Under the pieces are notes generated by a model that worked only from the letters and a program-made list of their open reading frames with translations, searched no databases and was not told where the DNA came from. A program made the position numbers and the translations under genes. This document shows, one piece after another, positions 1-13,099 of a DNA stretch of 64,000 bases. Position 1 is the first letter of the stretch; each line of letters opens with the position of its first letter. This DNA is from Amphiscolops sp. MND2022 (taxonomy: Eukaryota): NCBI GenBank assembly GCA_964187785.1, contig OZ076414.1, positions 7,936,001 to 8,000,000 of the forward strand, read 5' to 3'.

Positions 1-93
1 TGAAAACTGTGGGGCATTGCTGATCCGCTTTGTCATCCTAACGCCCCCAATTGAAAGGAGTTGGGTGAGATCATTTGCTAGTGACTCGATTTC

Positions 94-330
94 TTACAAT
101 GTTGGATGCGAATCTAAGTAATCGTGCATGTAGAAACTCTGTTTCACAACGAGTGCTGCTTCAGGAAACTTGGCTACGTAGTATAAACCAGTTCTCTTCA
201 AAGCGTAGTTAGCGCAAGTTGAGCTGTCTTTTGCACCAAAGATGTGACGTGTGTACTGGTACACTTTGATTTCTTCTACAGGGGTTTTTTTCTGGAGCAA
301 TCTTAACGATTGTTTGTCCTTTTGCGGCAC
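94..330 (-). pseudogene. BEL/Pao reverse transcriptase fragment
   Basis: HIFGAKDSSTCANYAL and FYMHDYL, a degenerate YMDD motif typical of BEL/Pao RT. Confidence 0.85.
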
Positions 331-1525
331 ACCTACCTAAAGGAACATTCCTTTTATGTGAGGTGAGACGGCAAGTCGGTGTTGTCAAAACCTTAACGAA
401 ATTCGTAGCAAATTTTAAAGAAGAACAGGTCCACGAAGAAAGGGTCGGGTTTAGTGAAGCGTCGCGCAACTTTGCGGCTCTATTTAGTGCTCGAAGAACT
501 TTGTCTGGATTGAGCGGATGTTATACTAGATGGTGTGGTAAATACCATTGACGTGGAGACGTTGTTAAACATTTCTGTAGAGGGCACTTCTATCACGTTT
601 TCTTTCTGTATGTCTTATTTGATGAAGCTGGCATATCTTTCTTTCGGCGCAGTGTTTCTGTCAAGGTGGTTCTCCAAGGCAAATGCGTAGTAATAGTTGT
701 TCGGCAAAGAGGACATTTGAGAAGACCACATTTTTACCACGACGTAGCGGCTTATATCGTGGTATGTTGTAGCTTCTAGAACCTTCAGGGCATATTGATT
801 TTTCAATTAAAGCAAGTCACCTGTTTTGTTGGAACCATATGACTCCAGTTTCAACCATTGTTGAACATGGTTCGCTAGGTGCTGATCTTCAGTGGTGACG
901 GAATTAAAGGCGGAACATTCTGTCAAAGATTGATTGGATACAGGAGCACTCAGGCCCAGCCAAGGGCTGTGCGAAGTGCGACAGGTTGGTTGGGCTGACC
1001 ATCTCTGTAATCAGGCGGTTGGATGCATTCGTAGGAACCTTGACCAAGAAGTAGAACGTCTTTTTAGTTTACGACGACGTTAGGCAAGCGTTGCAGCTGC
1101 TGATAGGTCTTCTTCGAGGTTGTGACATTGTTTGAATCCTTCCCAATGCAATGATTGGCTTTTGCGTAAGCGTAAGCTTAATGTGAGGGAAATTGCACAT
1201 CACTGGGGTGTGCTGCGGTGACGTTGAAAGCTATCCATCTTGTTGATAAGTTTCCTTCGTTGTTGATGCGAGAATATCGAATGGTCTGCACTTCTCCGGC
1301 AAGACCAAATTCTTTGGCAATGTTTCCAGCTATCCTAGTGTGGGTACTTCCAGAATTCAGCATCGCAAGGACTCTTCAAGTTCTACCCTTATACGCGATG
1401 TTAACCACTGCTATCTACAGACGACCTTAGACGTTTTTGTTTGCTGCGACTGTAGACATTTCCGATGAAGATTCGGCTGTGATCTGAAGTTGCGACTTAG
1501 ATAAAGTTGACTTTGAGAACGCGCG

Positions 1526-1729
1526 TTATGCCCCATGAAGTAGAATACTGTGGGAGCTCATGCATTCTTGTTTAGGACACGAGTATTTTGTAGGGCATTG
1601 GCGGAATGAATTCGTTCCTTGTAGACATGAGAAACACAATTCTTTCTCGACTGCGAACCTGTTGCGTTCGTTTGGTGTTTGGTTGCGGAAAAAGCTGCAG
1701 CGATACAGCAAACGAACTCCTGAACACAT
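1526..1729 (-). pseudogene. BEL/Pao gag zinc-knuckle fragment
   Basis: LCFSCLQGTNSFRQCPTKYSCPKQECMSSHSILLH matches the BEL multi-knuckle gag C-terminus. Confidence 0.8.
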
Positions 1730-1851
1730 AGGACGGAGGTTATTATGTTGATTGTAGTTGTTTTCCTGTCTATCTTTTGTTGATCAAAAAAATGACTTCG
1801 AATTTGATTCTCTGCCGCTGGGTAATTAACTCGGCCGCTTGCTGTACATTA

Positions 1852-3538
1852 CACTGCCAAAAGTGGGTATTTTGAAATTTTGCAGTAGATTTCGCTGGAC
1901 GGCAAGTTTGGAAAGCGTGCAGCGTAATCCACTAACAAATGCTGTTACGTTGCAGTCGATTCAACTTTTTGGCGATTTCTCCGCAGTGAATTTCGCTGCA
2001 ATGCATTGGATTCCACTATCAAACACCTTAAACATTAGGATCTTGCAGTGGATTCCACTAAACATTGCCGTGGATTCCACTGAACGCTGCAGTGGACTCC
2101 CGCGATGGCCGGGTTGGAATCCACTATTGGCTGTACTGGACTCCACTGCAGTGTTTTAGTGGAATTCACTGAACTCTTTCAATACCAACTTACAAAAGTT
2201 ATCAACCATCGAAAAGAAGTGGAGTTCATGTAGTTCAGTGCCTAAAAGTTTTTCCTTCACGTGTTCAGTTTTGAGAATGAGAAATACTTTCAGAATAAGC
2301 AAGTGTCACAGGAAGAAGGATTCAGAATTTCTTCATTTGGTTCACAATTATTGCGAGAATTTATCGTCAATCAATTTATTCTGATACTCGCACCGCTTTA
2401 CCGTTTATTTTGACTGTTATTTTTTTCATTCTTTGATTGAATCATAGTGGGCATCAAAATTTCACACACAGCTCTTGCTAGTTACCTAGTTATACACACA
2501 TACCTAGTTACTTTAGGTAACACTGGTTTTCATTTTTCATTTACCTCATGGTGGAAACCAAAAATTTGCTTCCAGAAAAGTCACGTCAAGTATACTTCCA
2601 AGCTGACTGCAACGTAGACCTTGTCAATTCTACCAACAATCTACAAATTCAAATTTAGTCATCTAATAAACTTTAAAGTAGCGTCATATACTTGTTAGTC
2701 ATATTGCACGCTCAATGTGATGCTACTTTAGACTTTAGTACATCACAATAGTGGACATCAAAATTTCACACACAGCTCTTGCGTGTATTTTAGGTGAATC
2801 CAGAATTTTTTGCCGGTCCAGCTGGTGTTCGGCTAGCCGAATTCGACAGCAATTAACATAACAAAAAATTTGAATACACACCAGAATCCTTCATTTTTAA
2901 ATGTATTTCCAGAGGAACAGTTTATAATTGAGATACAAACTTTGTTCACACTGTTTTGCCTATTCTTTGAAAGGTGCGTGGGGACAAAGCAAGATGGCCA
3001 AAACTCTTCCAATAAAATGATCATTCACGTGTCAGTTTGAGAGATATGTTAAACTTCATATTAATGTTTCAGTCATGTTTCAACATGAAAAATTGGAAAA
3101 AAGAAATTTTATATTTTATTCATGTTTCAACCAAGTTTCAGCATGAAAAATTGGAAAGAAGAAAATTAGAAATTGATAAGTTCTTTCGCTGAAACTTGCA
3201 GTGGATTCCATTCAGCTTACAGTGGATTCCACTTTGGCTTACAGTCAAATCCGCTCGTTTTGCAGCCAATCCCACAAGTTGAAAAATGGAATCGACTGTA
3301 CGCCAAAGTGGAATTGGCAGCAAGTTGGCTGAAAGTTGTAATAGGCTGACGCGATTGGTTCAATTCAGTTGGCAGTGAAAAGCAGTGGATGTGGATCATA
3401 CATTAGCTAGATATGTTAGTGGATCCAATACAGGCTACACCGGAATCCATTGATAATCAGTGAAATACATGTTTAACAAACGTCAGTGGATTTCGGTGAC
3501 TCAATAGCACAAAAGTGTGCAAACACTTTTTGGCACTG
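1852..3538. mobile_element. Non-autonomous DNA transposon (CACTG-ended, CMC/EnSpm-like MITE) inserted in BEL gag
   Basis: Left end CACTGCCAAAAGTG at 1852; right end CACTTTTTGGCACTG at 3524-3538 (imperfect TIR). TA on both flanks (1850-1851, 3539-3540). Clusters of palindromic GTGGATTCCAC-like motifs at ~2005-2170 and ~3200-3490. No transposase ORF. Removing it restores a gag reading frame (..SSSPICINVQQAAELI..). Confidence 0.7.
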
Positions 3539-6500
3539 TAATGCAGATTGGCGACGACGATGACTGAGATTGAACAATCTGCATGCGATCATGCGGTCCG
3601 GCTTTTTGCTGGAGCTATGTGTTGAATTCTTGAAGAAGTGACGGTCGCTCTAGAGACTGTTTGACAGCGAAAAACGACCAAGCTTCTTTGAGGTTAGACG
3701 GACTGTACAAATCAGCTTCGTATCCAAGTAATTTGATAAAACCAACAAGATTTCCCATTATTGTTGCTAAATCTTCGATGCTTTCTGAAGACTTCGTTTT
3801 CACGGGCGAGTATTTGAAAGTTTCTCCAAGTAGACACAACTGCCTGTGGTTGTCCAAACTTCCGTTGCAAGATTCAAAGTGCTTCTTCGTACATTGTTCC
3901 ATAGTAGGCGAATTATTGAATAGCGGCTTTAGCTTTCCCAGAAACTAACGTTTCAGGTAAGTTAATTTGACATCACGGGAGTGGTGAGAAGAATCGATAG
4001 CATGTTTGAACTGGCCAAGCCACTGGAACGACTCCAAAGGGTCTCCATCGAAGCAACTTAATTTTCATTCGGGCAATGGATTATGCATTGTAAAAGCGAC
4101 AAGTTGAAAGTTGACGGCACCGTTTCAGGATTGTCTGTTCCATGTCGGTTAGAATCAAGTGGACGTTGATAGATGGTATAGATGGTAGTAGGGTAACTAC
4201 AAGAGTTGTAATTGTTGGCATGCGTGTTTGGGCGATGTTCCTCATTTACTTGACGGTGTGATACTGGTGTCTGGTGGGCGTTTTTGGAGAGATAATTAGT
4301 TTCTTAGCGGTCAGGAATTGAATGTTCGGAGTTGAAAGTCGTTTTATCAAGCGCTTGTCGGTGAGAACCTAACGGCTGGTAAGTAGTTGCTATCGGCAGA
4401 TCAAATTCTTGTCGGTAAGGCACTGATGGATAATAGACGACTGATTGTTGTTGAGAAGTGTTGGATAGGATTGGCTGTTGTGCCAAAAACAGGTTTGAAG
4501 AACAAGTGTATTTAGACGTTTGAAAATATTTTCAACTGTGAAACGCGGTGGGGGAGGATCTCCAGCAGCTGTTAGCATCCTTTTGGTTGGTTGCTGATTG
4601 AAGATTTCTGCCTTTTCTGGTATGTTAGTCTGCGGCCAAATAGTTTCGTGGATGACAGGCATTACGCTGACATTTGTCTGAGACTGTCTTCACCATTGAC
4701 ATCGCGCACTGGCGTATGCTGACTTGATGGAGTTGTCGCTTGGTCGTTTTCGAAAGATTCGCTTTCGGTAACTTTTCTGAAAATCTTCGTTGTACGATAC
4801 ACGTTGGAGAGGGCTTCTTCAAAGTGTGAGATGGGATGGGTTTCTGTAGTACGTTAGGACTTCGCTTAAGAGTCGAAGTGGGTTGTTTTGTCTAGTTGGA
4901 CCCGTTCTAGCTCTGGAAAAGTGCCTTGAGACGGCTTTGAAGCGGATGCTAGTTGACTAACTAGAACAAATAGTACTCTATGATCGTCTTCAGGGACGGA
5001 GTTTGCGTTTACATGAACGGCTTTGGTGGCGATTGGGTTAATTTTGGTATCAACCTTCGGTTGTTAAAAACATGCTTCTACAACTTTAGTTACATAGTTT
5101 TCAGTTCCCTGAGTAGATGATTTGTAGGACGTACTACTCGATTTCTTCTTAGAGGTGGTATCGTCAAATTCCAGTTGCTCTTCAAGATTCTTTGCGTCTG
5201 CTACTTGCCGTAGGTTTTATAGGACTATGAGCAGGATTGCGATTGAGAATGATTTGAGAAATCAATATTGTATTGATTAATATTTGATCTGATGTGATGC
5301 ATAATAGATTGAGCACCCCATATATAAAGGCTATAAACAGGTTGATATACAAACAAAATACTAGTGGCGCCAGCTTCCCTGAAACGCATATAAATTCCAA
5401 GAATTCAACAACGTGAGTCCTACTTAACTGTCTGGTTGAAGTTTCTACAGCCATGTTTTTTGATTTCTGAGTTGCGTCCCATCTTTATTGTTCGCTTGAT
5501 TCTCAGAAACAACTCTATTGCCTTTTGCCGCCGTGTGGACTGTGTCCGGACTTAACTGTCCGATTGATGTCTCCTCGGCATTCCTCGCTCTTTGAGCATT
5601 CGAAACAGGACGAGTCGTAACATTTTCGGGAATGCGCGTATTTGAAACTTCGTTTCGTCCCCCGTCAACCGCCGTGCTGTAGTTGGTTACCACTTTTGAA
5701 AAACAAAAACATCAAAAACACCCTTTAGCTCCAAAAGCTCTTCAATCAGCTGTGTTTAAGCTTAGTTGCTTGGTTGACACTGTGGTAGAGCTTCTTTGTG
5801 ACCATTTGTGACAAAAAAGAGACCGTAAATAGCTAGTTTCTTCCTTGTTTGCGCAACTTTGAAAACTTTGGCTGTCCCTATGTAAGAAAAAGTCGGAAAA
5901 CTTTCGAAAGCCTTTCCGATACGGAAAATGAACAATGAAGCATCCAGCAAAAAGTCAACGATGCGGTACTTAACAAAGATCGATTCGTCCGCGTTGAGAG
6001 ACTTGTTAGTTCATGTGACAAAGCGTTGACGAATTGATTCTTAAAACAAGAACTTTTTTTCAATTTGGCGAAGAAAACAGAAGAACCGTCGCTAGTCAAA
6101 CATGATTCGGAAACTTGATTGAGTGAAGTGACTACTCAAAACGACACTATTTTGAAAAAAAGCTCGTGATTACATTGATGAATGTCCGAATGTCGGTGAA
6201 GCTTTTCAACCGTCTACAACAGCCGCTTCAAAAAACAAGCAACCAAGCAAAACATCAAGTTCAAGAACGTCGCGGACTTCGACAACATCTAGTCAACGGC
6301 AATTAGACCTTTTGATTGCGAAACAACGTAGAGAAGAAATAGAGAAGCAGACCGACGCTGCGCTTCGAATTGCGAAGCAAAAGCAAGAACTGGAGCTCGA
6401 GCGGCTCGAAAAGGAACAAGAACAAACAGGGTCGAAAGCTGACCGCTTAAAGAAAGAACAAGGGTCGAAGAACTGCAGGAGAAAAACCGGAAAGAAAACT

Positions 6501-9500
6501 TGCTGAAACAACCCTCACTGAGCTCTAACTGAGAGATGACTTGTCCGCTTCCCTACCCAAATTGGAAGAACGTTTGTCCAGTTTTCGATTTCTTCCAAAG
6601 CCGACGAGACAACGCAAGTTAATGACTGTGTGAACAACTCAACTTTTGTTACCGTATCTGCTCCTTCGAACACAGTGACTGCGACTATGCCAGTACAGTA
6701 ACCAGTTGTTTTGCCTGTTACAATTACAAGTCCAATATTTATTCCAGTAATTGGAATTGCAAACATACCCACTGTAACCGCTACAGCGGAGTTGACATCA
6801 AACAATCCACCCTCAATGTAACTACATAACAATATCGTTCCACAACAGACTATGGCTGCGACAAATGTAACTGGGCCACCCATCATGCCGACAGTAATGG
6901 TGCAGTCACAACCGTTAACCATACCCGCAAGCCATGTTTTACCAAATGTATCTGCATGGACTTTTCAAACTACCACAAGTAGCCGGCAAGTGCAATTCCT
7001 GTCACGGCTTTGATTCCACGGATACCAACATTACCTACAATGGTTCCAATCACAACAAGTTATCCCACTTCATCGCCTGTTATCGCAGTCACTGCTGCAG
7101 GAGGAACGATTTACTATCTCAGTCCATGATCCTTGGCTATAGCCATTATGCATATTAGTTCACCACTTCCGACCACCTCTTCTAATCTTTCATCAACAGT
7201 TTTGCTTTTTTTATTATCTTCAACAACCTCTGGTCCGTATTCATCGACAAGCAGTTCCACAGTTCAATATCTGGCACAAATGTTTATGTCATTGAAAAAG
7301 GACCATCTTCCGGAATGAACTGGCACAGTACAGCGGTGATCCACTTCAATGGCACTAGTGGTTCTGCCAGTTTAAGAGTGCCATTGACTCAGCGCCTCCT
7401 ACCAATGACGTGAAACTGACCTTTTTGGAGACGCTGGTTTCCGGTAAGGCAAAGACGGCGAAGGCCGAATTTGCTTACTGTGGCGCGATGTACGAGATGA
7501 AGATTTTGGACAGCAAGTTTGGACAACCACAGGCAGTTGTGAGCGCTTATTTAAACATACTTGAAAACTACCCAGCAGTCAAAATGCACAATCGTGAGAG
7601 CAATATAAGCTTTTCTGCAACTGTATCGTCACTCGTGTGAGTCTTTCGCTCCTTAAAGTTTGCAAATGATCTGTCAAGTGCTTCCCTTTTAGTCCAAGCC
7701 ATTCAAAAACTTGAATGCCGCGAAATTTAAAGGAAGCTTGGTCGATGAACACTGTGAACACTTGAACACACACACAAAATCTAGACCGCCTAACATTGAT
7801 TCATTTCAATGACTGGCTATAGGAGAAGACAGAGAGAGGCACATGGAAGAGTGAAACCAACTTCTAGCAAGCCAAAACGCCTCAACTGTATCCAAGACCA
7901 AAACAGGAACAAAAGTAACCAATGTTTTTGTCGTCACAACTAGTAACCAAGTCACTACTGTACTGGAACTAAGCCAAATTGTGAAAAACGGTTTGTAGCC
8001 GGCAAAGATTTTCATCCCCTTTCGCGTTGTCAAGCGTTCCGCAGTAAAAACCCTAATACAGCGAACTAACCTAGCCGCTGAGGGCAAACTCTGCTTTTCG
8101 TGTCTCACCGAAGGGCATGCATCCCGCCAATGCCCACAATCAAGAAAGTGCACAGAAGAAGACTGTAGTAGCTCTCATAATGCTTTACTTCTGACAGAAT
8201 TGTTCCTCTGACAAAATCAGGCGAACAGAAAAAAAAAACGAGAAAGTTGCTACAGGTAGTGCAACCAAGGTCAGTCAGAAAGAAACCGGCAGCGAGAGTT
8301 CCGGCATGCCTTCCATGTCTGACGTCAAATGTTTGTTACGGATAATGGAAGTTCAGTGGGAATTTCCGTCATGAAACGAAAAAGTACTTATGTTGTTTGA
8401 CGCAGCATGTAGTCACTCTTGGATTTCAAAAGACCGGCTCAAAAACTCCAGGTTAAAGGCTCTCCAACAAGTTAATCGTCCACGGGATATACACCGAACA
8501 TTTGATCTACACGGAAAGAGTTGAACTCTAGTTTACAACCGTTGTTTCTGGTGGCTCTTATTCATCTTTTCCCGTGAAACCATTTGTTCGAAACGACCTG
8601 AAAATCGGAAATGATTTTATCGACGTTGCAAATCTGAAGGCAAAGTACCCGCACTTGAAATTGATTTCCTTGAGCAAGCACAGTTATGTCGCCGTTGAGA
8701 AGATTCTTGACAAAAAGGTTTTCCCTTCTATCCGCCCATTGAAGCACTTCGAATCCGACCGTGTGAATACTCCAATTGCCGTTCGTTTACCGTTGGATTG
8801 GGTACTGAGTGGTCCACTTCCTTCAACCACGAGTCTTTTTTCGACTTGATTTAAGGCTGTTGCTGCCTCTGGGAAGAATTCAATTTTCGCCAAACAACTT
8901 TGTAGCTGGTATGACAAGGAGACATATGGAGCCTGAAAACAAACTGACTCTCGCTCCGCAGGCGATGCGCGAGCGATGAAGGTTCTCGACGAGACAGCTT
9001 TAAACGATGGCTGCTGATACTAAGTTGGAATGTTGTGGGCCGATGAAAAAAGTACGTTGCCGATCAACTACTTCTCGGCTCTCGTTCACATCAAATCATT
9101 GCGCGTCGCCTTGGAAAAGATCCTCAACTGAAAAAAGTTACAGCAAAACAATCAAAGAGGGTTTTGAAAAGAGGTACATTCTTCAAGTCGACAAACCCGA
9201 GTGCTTCCGAACCGACAACTGTCGGAAGTGGTACGTGCCAAATCATTCCGTGATCCATCGACACAAACGAATGGTGATGCGAAGTTCCAAGGTTATTCTC
9301 TGAACAAAACTTTTTTGACCGGTCCGGATCTGCAGCAAATCTTGGTCCACATCCATTTTCAGATTCCGTCAGTACCCCAACGCCGTCTTTGACGAAATTG
9401 AAGAAATGTTCCTACAAGTATGAGTTTTTCCGAGCGACCAACTGCCTATTCGTTTTTCGTGGCAGGAAGATCCATCAACTGAAGTTGCTGTGTTTCAATA

Positions 9501-11044
9501 CGTCTTTGGTTCGTATGACTCTCCGACTTGTGCAACTTACGCTTTGAAAAGAACAGCAACAGACAACGCTGACATGTTTCCAAAAGCCACTCGGAGCTCA
9601 CACACGAACTTCTACATGGGGGATTATCTCTAGTGGATGACTATCTAGTGGAAATGGACGACTATCTGTGGAAGACGCTGCCCAAAAGTCCAAAGACTTA
9701 GTGAAAACACTTTCACTAGGCGGTTTCAGTCTCTCGAATTTCGTATCGAACAACCCGAGAGTTGAATCTAATTGACCCGAATTCAGAGAATCATAGCAAT
9801 GATGGACAATGATTGCCGACACTGGGCAAGTCCTACCATGTCCTTGGCCTAAAGTGGAATCAAAACTCAGACACACTTGTTGTCAGTCGAAGTACGACGC
9901 CGGACATTAACCGAACTGTCACTCAAAGTGTTGTGTTAAGTCTTGTCTCTGCATTGTACGACCATAGCGGTCTCGTAGCACCGTATACTGTTTACGCACG
10001 ACTTCTATTGAACGACATTTGGCGACTGAATGGTCAGATATAGGACGAAATCTAGACAGATGACATCATAACATAGTTTACAGACTGGAGCTGCGAACTG
10101 CAGCCGCTTTGCGAAATTGGAATACCTAGAAGCAACTTTCAGCAACAATGCGAGTATTTGGAATAACACATGTTCGAATATGTTTCGTGACAGTTCGCAA
10201 GACTTCTTCAGTGCTGTGACTCTTCTGAGAAGTAAGATCAATTCAGAACATGGCAGCTCAACCGAACTAGGTTTCGATTTTGGAAAAGCACGTGTTGCAC
10301 CAATGAATGCCTTGACAAGGACAAAACTTGATCTTCAAGCTGCTTTTCTTTCCGTGAGACTCAAAGATGACATCCAAGAAGCCTTGACTCCGAAAATAGA
10401 AGAATTTCACATGGAGCGATTGTACTACGGTACTCCAACGGTTAAATTCGCTCGAAAAGCAACCGGTTTTTGTAGCAAACTTTATTGCGGAAGTTTTGAT
10501 GCTTACAACTGTAGACGAGTGGTTTCATGTTGAGTCTGCCGACAACCCTGCGGACGCAGGAACGGGATGCTTGTCTGCTAAGGCACTCCATGAAAGTTGT
10601 TGGTTGAAAGCCCCCAGTTTTTTGATAACTTCTGAAGGGCCTTTCAAGCCATGCGAAAACATCCGAAGTAATTTCAAGCAAGCAAAACTGGATGCGAGTG
10701 ATAAACTAGTAACAGAGTCGTCGACGAGAATATCTGCACACCAAACTGCAATTGCAAAAACTTTGGATTGGCAAAAGTATTGCTCATAGGAGAATTTTCT
10801 GCGCATTGCAGCCTATATGTTGCGCTTTTTGTAGAAGACTAGTACTTGTGCCATCACTCATCCAGCGAAACATGAAATTAATGAACAACATCTTTTTTAC
10901 GTGGTCCAAACCGAGCCCTTTCCATTGGAAAAAATATATGCGCAAGTCGTCGCCACTTAACATTATGTCTAAAATCACACAGTTGTCCCACTTTAATGGA
11001 CCAAATGGTCTTGTAGGAAAACGAACAAACAACTTGATTTTGCC

Positions 11045-12170
11045 ATGTTTGATAAGAAACATCCCATTATTCTGGAAGCCCCTCATCGTTTGATCAGACT
11101 ACTGTTGGAACACTTGCATAATCAAGAGTGTCCCCAGGGTGTTGCTTGCCTCAGAGCATTGGTACAGCAGCCATTTGCTACGAACCGCGCACTGCGAATA
11201 ATTGTTTCGAGGTGTGCAGTTTGCCGCAAACGTAGAGCTGAAAATCTGACTCCAATAATTGTGGACTTACCCCGCGAAAAATTCAAAGAACCTCCGTTTC
11301 CAAACACTGGCGTTGACTTCTTCGGATCGTTATTTGTATTGGTCAAGCTACTAAAAAACGTTGGGGTTTTCTTTATACTTGACTCACGACTCGAGCTGTC
11401 CACTTCGACGTGGCCTCAAGCATGGACACCAGAAGCCACGTGATGGGAATTGAAGCGTTATTTGCCCGTCGTGTCATTCCGTCCGGTATTTGGCCCGACA
11501 ACGTTACAAACTTGGTGGCCACTGAAAATAATTTTTGTTGAATATCAAGAACTGGAATCAGCAATTCTTCGGAGAAACACTTGTGAAGAAAAGTATAAAG
11601 TGGAAGTTTAATCCACCTAATGCTCCGCATCACGGAGGTGTTTGAGAACGTGTTGTGCGAAGATTCAGTCACGTTTGTTACGCTATATTAAAGACCGTTG
11701 ACTGACAGCTGAAATTTTGATGACAACGTTCTGCTTGTTGCAACAATGTCTCAATGCTCGTCCAAATACATCAGCATCTACAGATCCACCAGACCGAGAC
11801 GCGCTAACCTCAAACCATTTCCCGCTAGGAACCGCCAGTTCAACGTTACCTACTCATTTTCACCCCAAAGTAGGCCGTCGAAAGCGGTACGGTCGTGCCC
11901 AAGCGTACTCAGACGCTTTTTGGAATCATTGGCTGGAGGAGTACGTTCCAAATCTGAAACTTCGTTCCAAATGGTGCAAATCGTCCAACAGAGACCTCAA
12001 GACTGGAGATCTTGTTTGGATAGTTGATCCAACTGTTCCTAAAGGAGACTACCCTCATGCCCGAGTTGTGAAATTCGGCACCGATGCCGACGCCAAATCT
12101 ACCGAATTCAATACGTCAACTAGTAATCTAGTTCGTCCCGTTGTTAAGTTAGCTTCCGTTCTCCCCGTTC
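11045..12170 (+). pseudogene. BEL/Pao integrase and C-terminal (DUF5641-like) region
   Basis: HPIIL..HLH..CAVCRKRRA zinc domain, PFPNTGVDFFG core, LNARP..LTSNHF, FWNHWLEEY; broken by frameshifts. Confidence 0.85.
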
Positions 12171-12278
12171 CAGAAAAAACTACATTTTGTTTCGTTTCAC
12201 CGTACAATATTACTTTTCTTAAAACATGTATGAACAATAAATTCAAGTTTTTGTACGATTTTTCCGTCACAATTTTTC

Positions 12279-12300
12279 GGGGCTGGAGGATGTTGTTCAG
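12279..12300 (+). other. Polypurine tract followed by start of 3' LTR (TGTTG at 12291)
   Basis: GGGGCTGGAGGA immediately followed by TGTTGTT, just downstream of the integrase C-terminus. Confidence 0.6.
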
Positions 12301-13099
12301 TATGATAGCAAATGAAAGTGGATAGCAAAATGAAAGTGTTCTTTGGAATTTCTGAATTTTACGTTTCGAGTATTTTCATGCACTTGCTATCTCGCAATCT
12401 GATGTTTCTTATGATCAATATGTGATAACATTTTGTAAAGATTTGTAATGACCTAGTTTCAGACTTTTTTGAAAAGTGGATTATTTTTACCGCTGATTCA
12501 ACAAATTGACTGTTGGATTGTTTGTCTTCACTGATGTCATTTTAAAATGGACTGTAGTCAAATCACAGCTCTCTTCAATGTTGATTTTTTCTTTGAGAGT
12601 GTGTGTGTGAGAGTGGGGGGTGTTGAGGAAAAAGATGCCACACTCTATATGACAAGAACAATGTAACTCGGTGATACAACTAGACGAAGTGTTTTAATCC
12701 GTTTCCAAAAAAGTTGAACTTCGAGTTGAGCGTCCAAACTAAGAGAGCTTTCTTCCTAATAAGGAAAAATATTTCAGTTTTAATTAGTCCTTTTCGAAAT
12801 TTTTCGTCAACAGAGAAAGGCCCTTTTTCTTGATCATCGAATGATTCATGATTAGCGAAACGTTTTCCATTGAAACCAACAATCGTTTTGCCAAAATTAC
12901 GAATTTCACTACATTCGGATATGCTGTCAATCAATTTTCAATCAATTAACACCTAACAGAGCAAGCTCTAGATCAAATGATATTTGTTTTCATGTTTGTA
13001 AACATAGTTTTTCTGTTTTGTAATAAAACTACATCTTTCGATACGATAGATAGAGTGTAGATCCTTTTGACAAAGCATTCATTGGCAAAAAATCTTAAC

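Larger units (their letters stand above)
1..5693 (-). mobile_element. Decayed BEL/Pao LTR retrotransposon (gag, protease, 5' part of RT; runs off the window start)
   Basis: Minus-strand fragments in BEL order: gag (3615-3902 GYEADLYSPSNL), Cys-His knuckle (1526-1729 CFSCLQG..RQCP..C..SHSILLH), protease (1178-1363 LNSGSTH), pre-RT (615-806), RT (94-330 YTRHIFGAKDSSTCANYALKRT..FYMHDYLDS). Many stops and frameshifts. The 5' boundary is approximate. Confidence 0.88.
5770..12680 (+). mobile_element. Decayed, nearly complete BEL/Pao LTR retrotransposon
   Basis: In order: coiled-coil gag (6312-6506), DUF1759-like gag (~7290-7640 YSGDPLQW..KLTFLETLVSGKAK), knuckle (~8085-8190), RT (~9200-9760 FGSYDSPTCATYALKRT..FYMGDY), RNase H/Peptidase_A17-like (9813-10789 VLGLKW, KARVAP, DNPAD), integrase (11045-11800), C-terminal domain (FWNHWLEEYVPNL..LKTGDLVWI). 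Outer boundaries are approximate and no 5' LTR is recognisable. Confidence 0.9.

Noticed and set aside
5210-5449. ~240-bp AT-rich block in BEL gag as a solo LTR
   Set aside because: One end reads TGTAG on the minus strand, but the other lacks CA and there is no clean TSD.
6515-6922. 135-aa Val/Thr/Gly-rich minus-strand ORF
   Set aside because: Antisense shadow of the low-complexity Thr/Val-rich BEL gag region on the plus strand.
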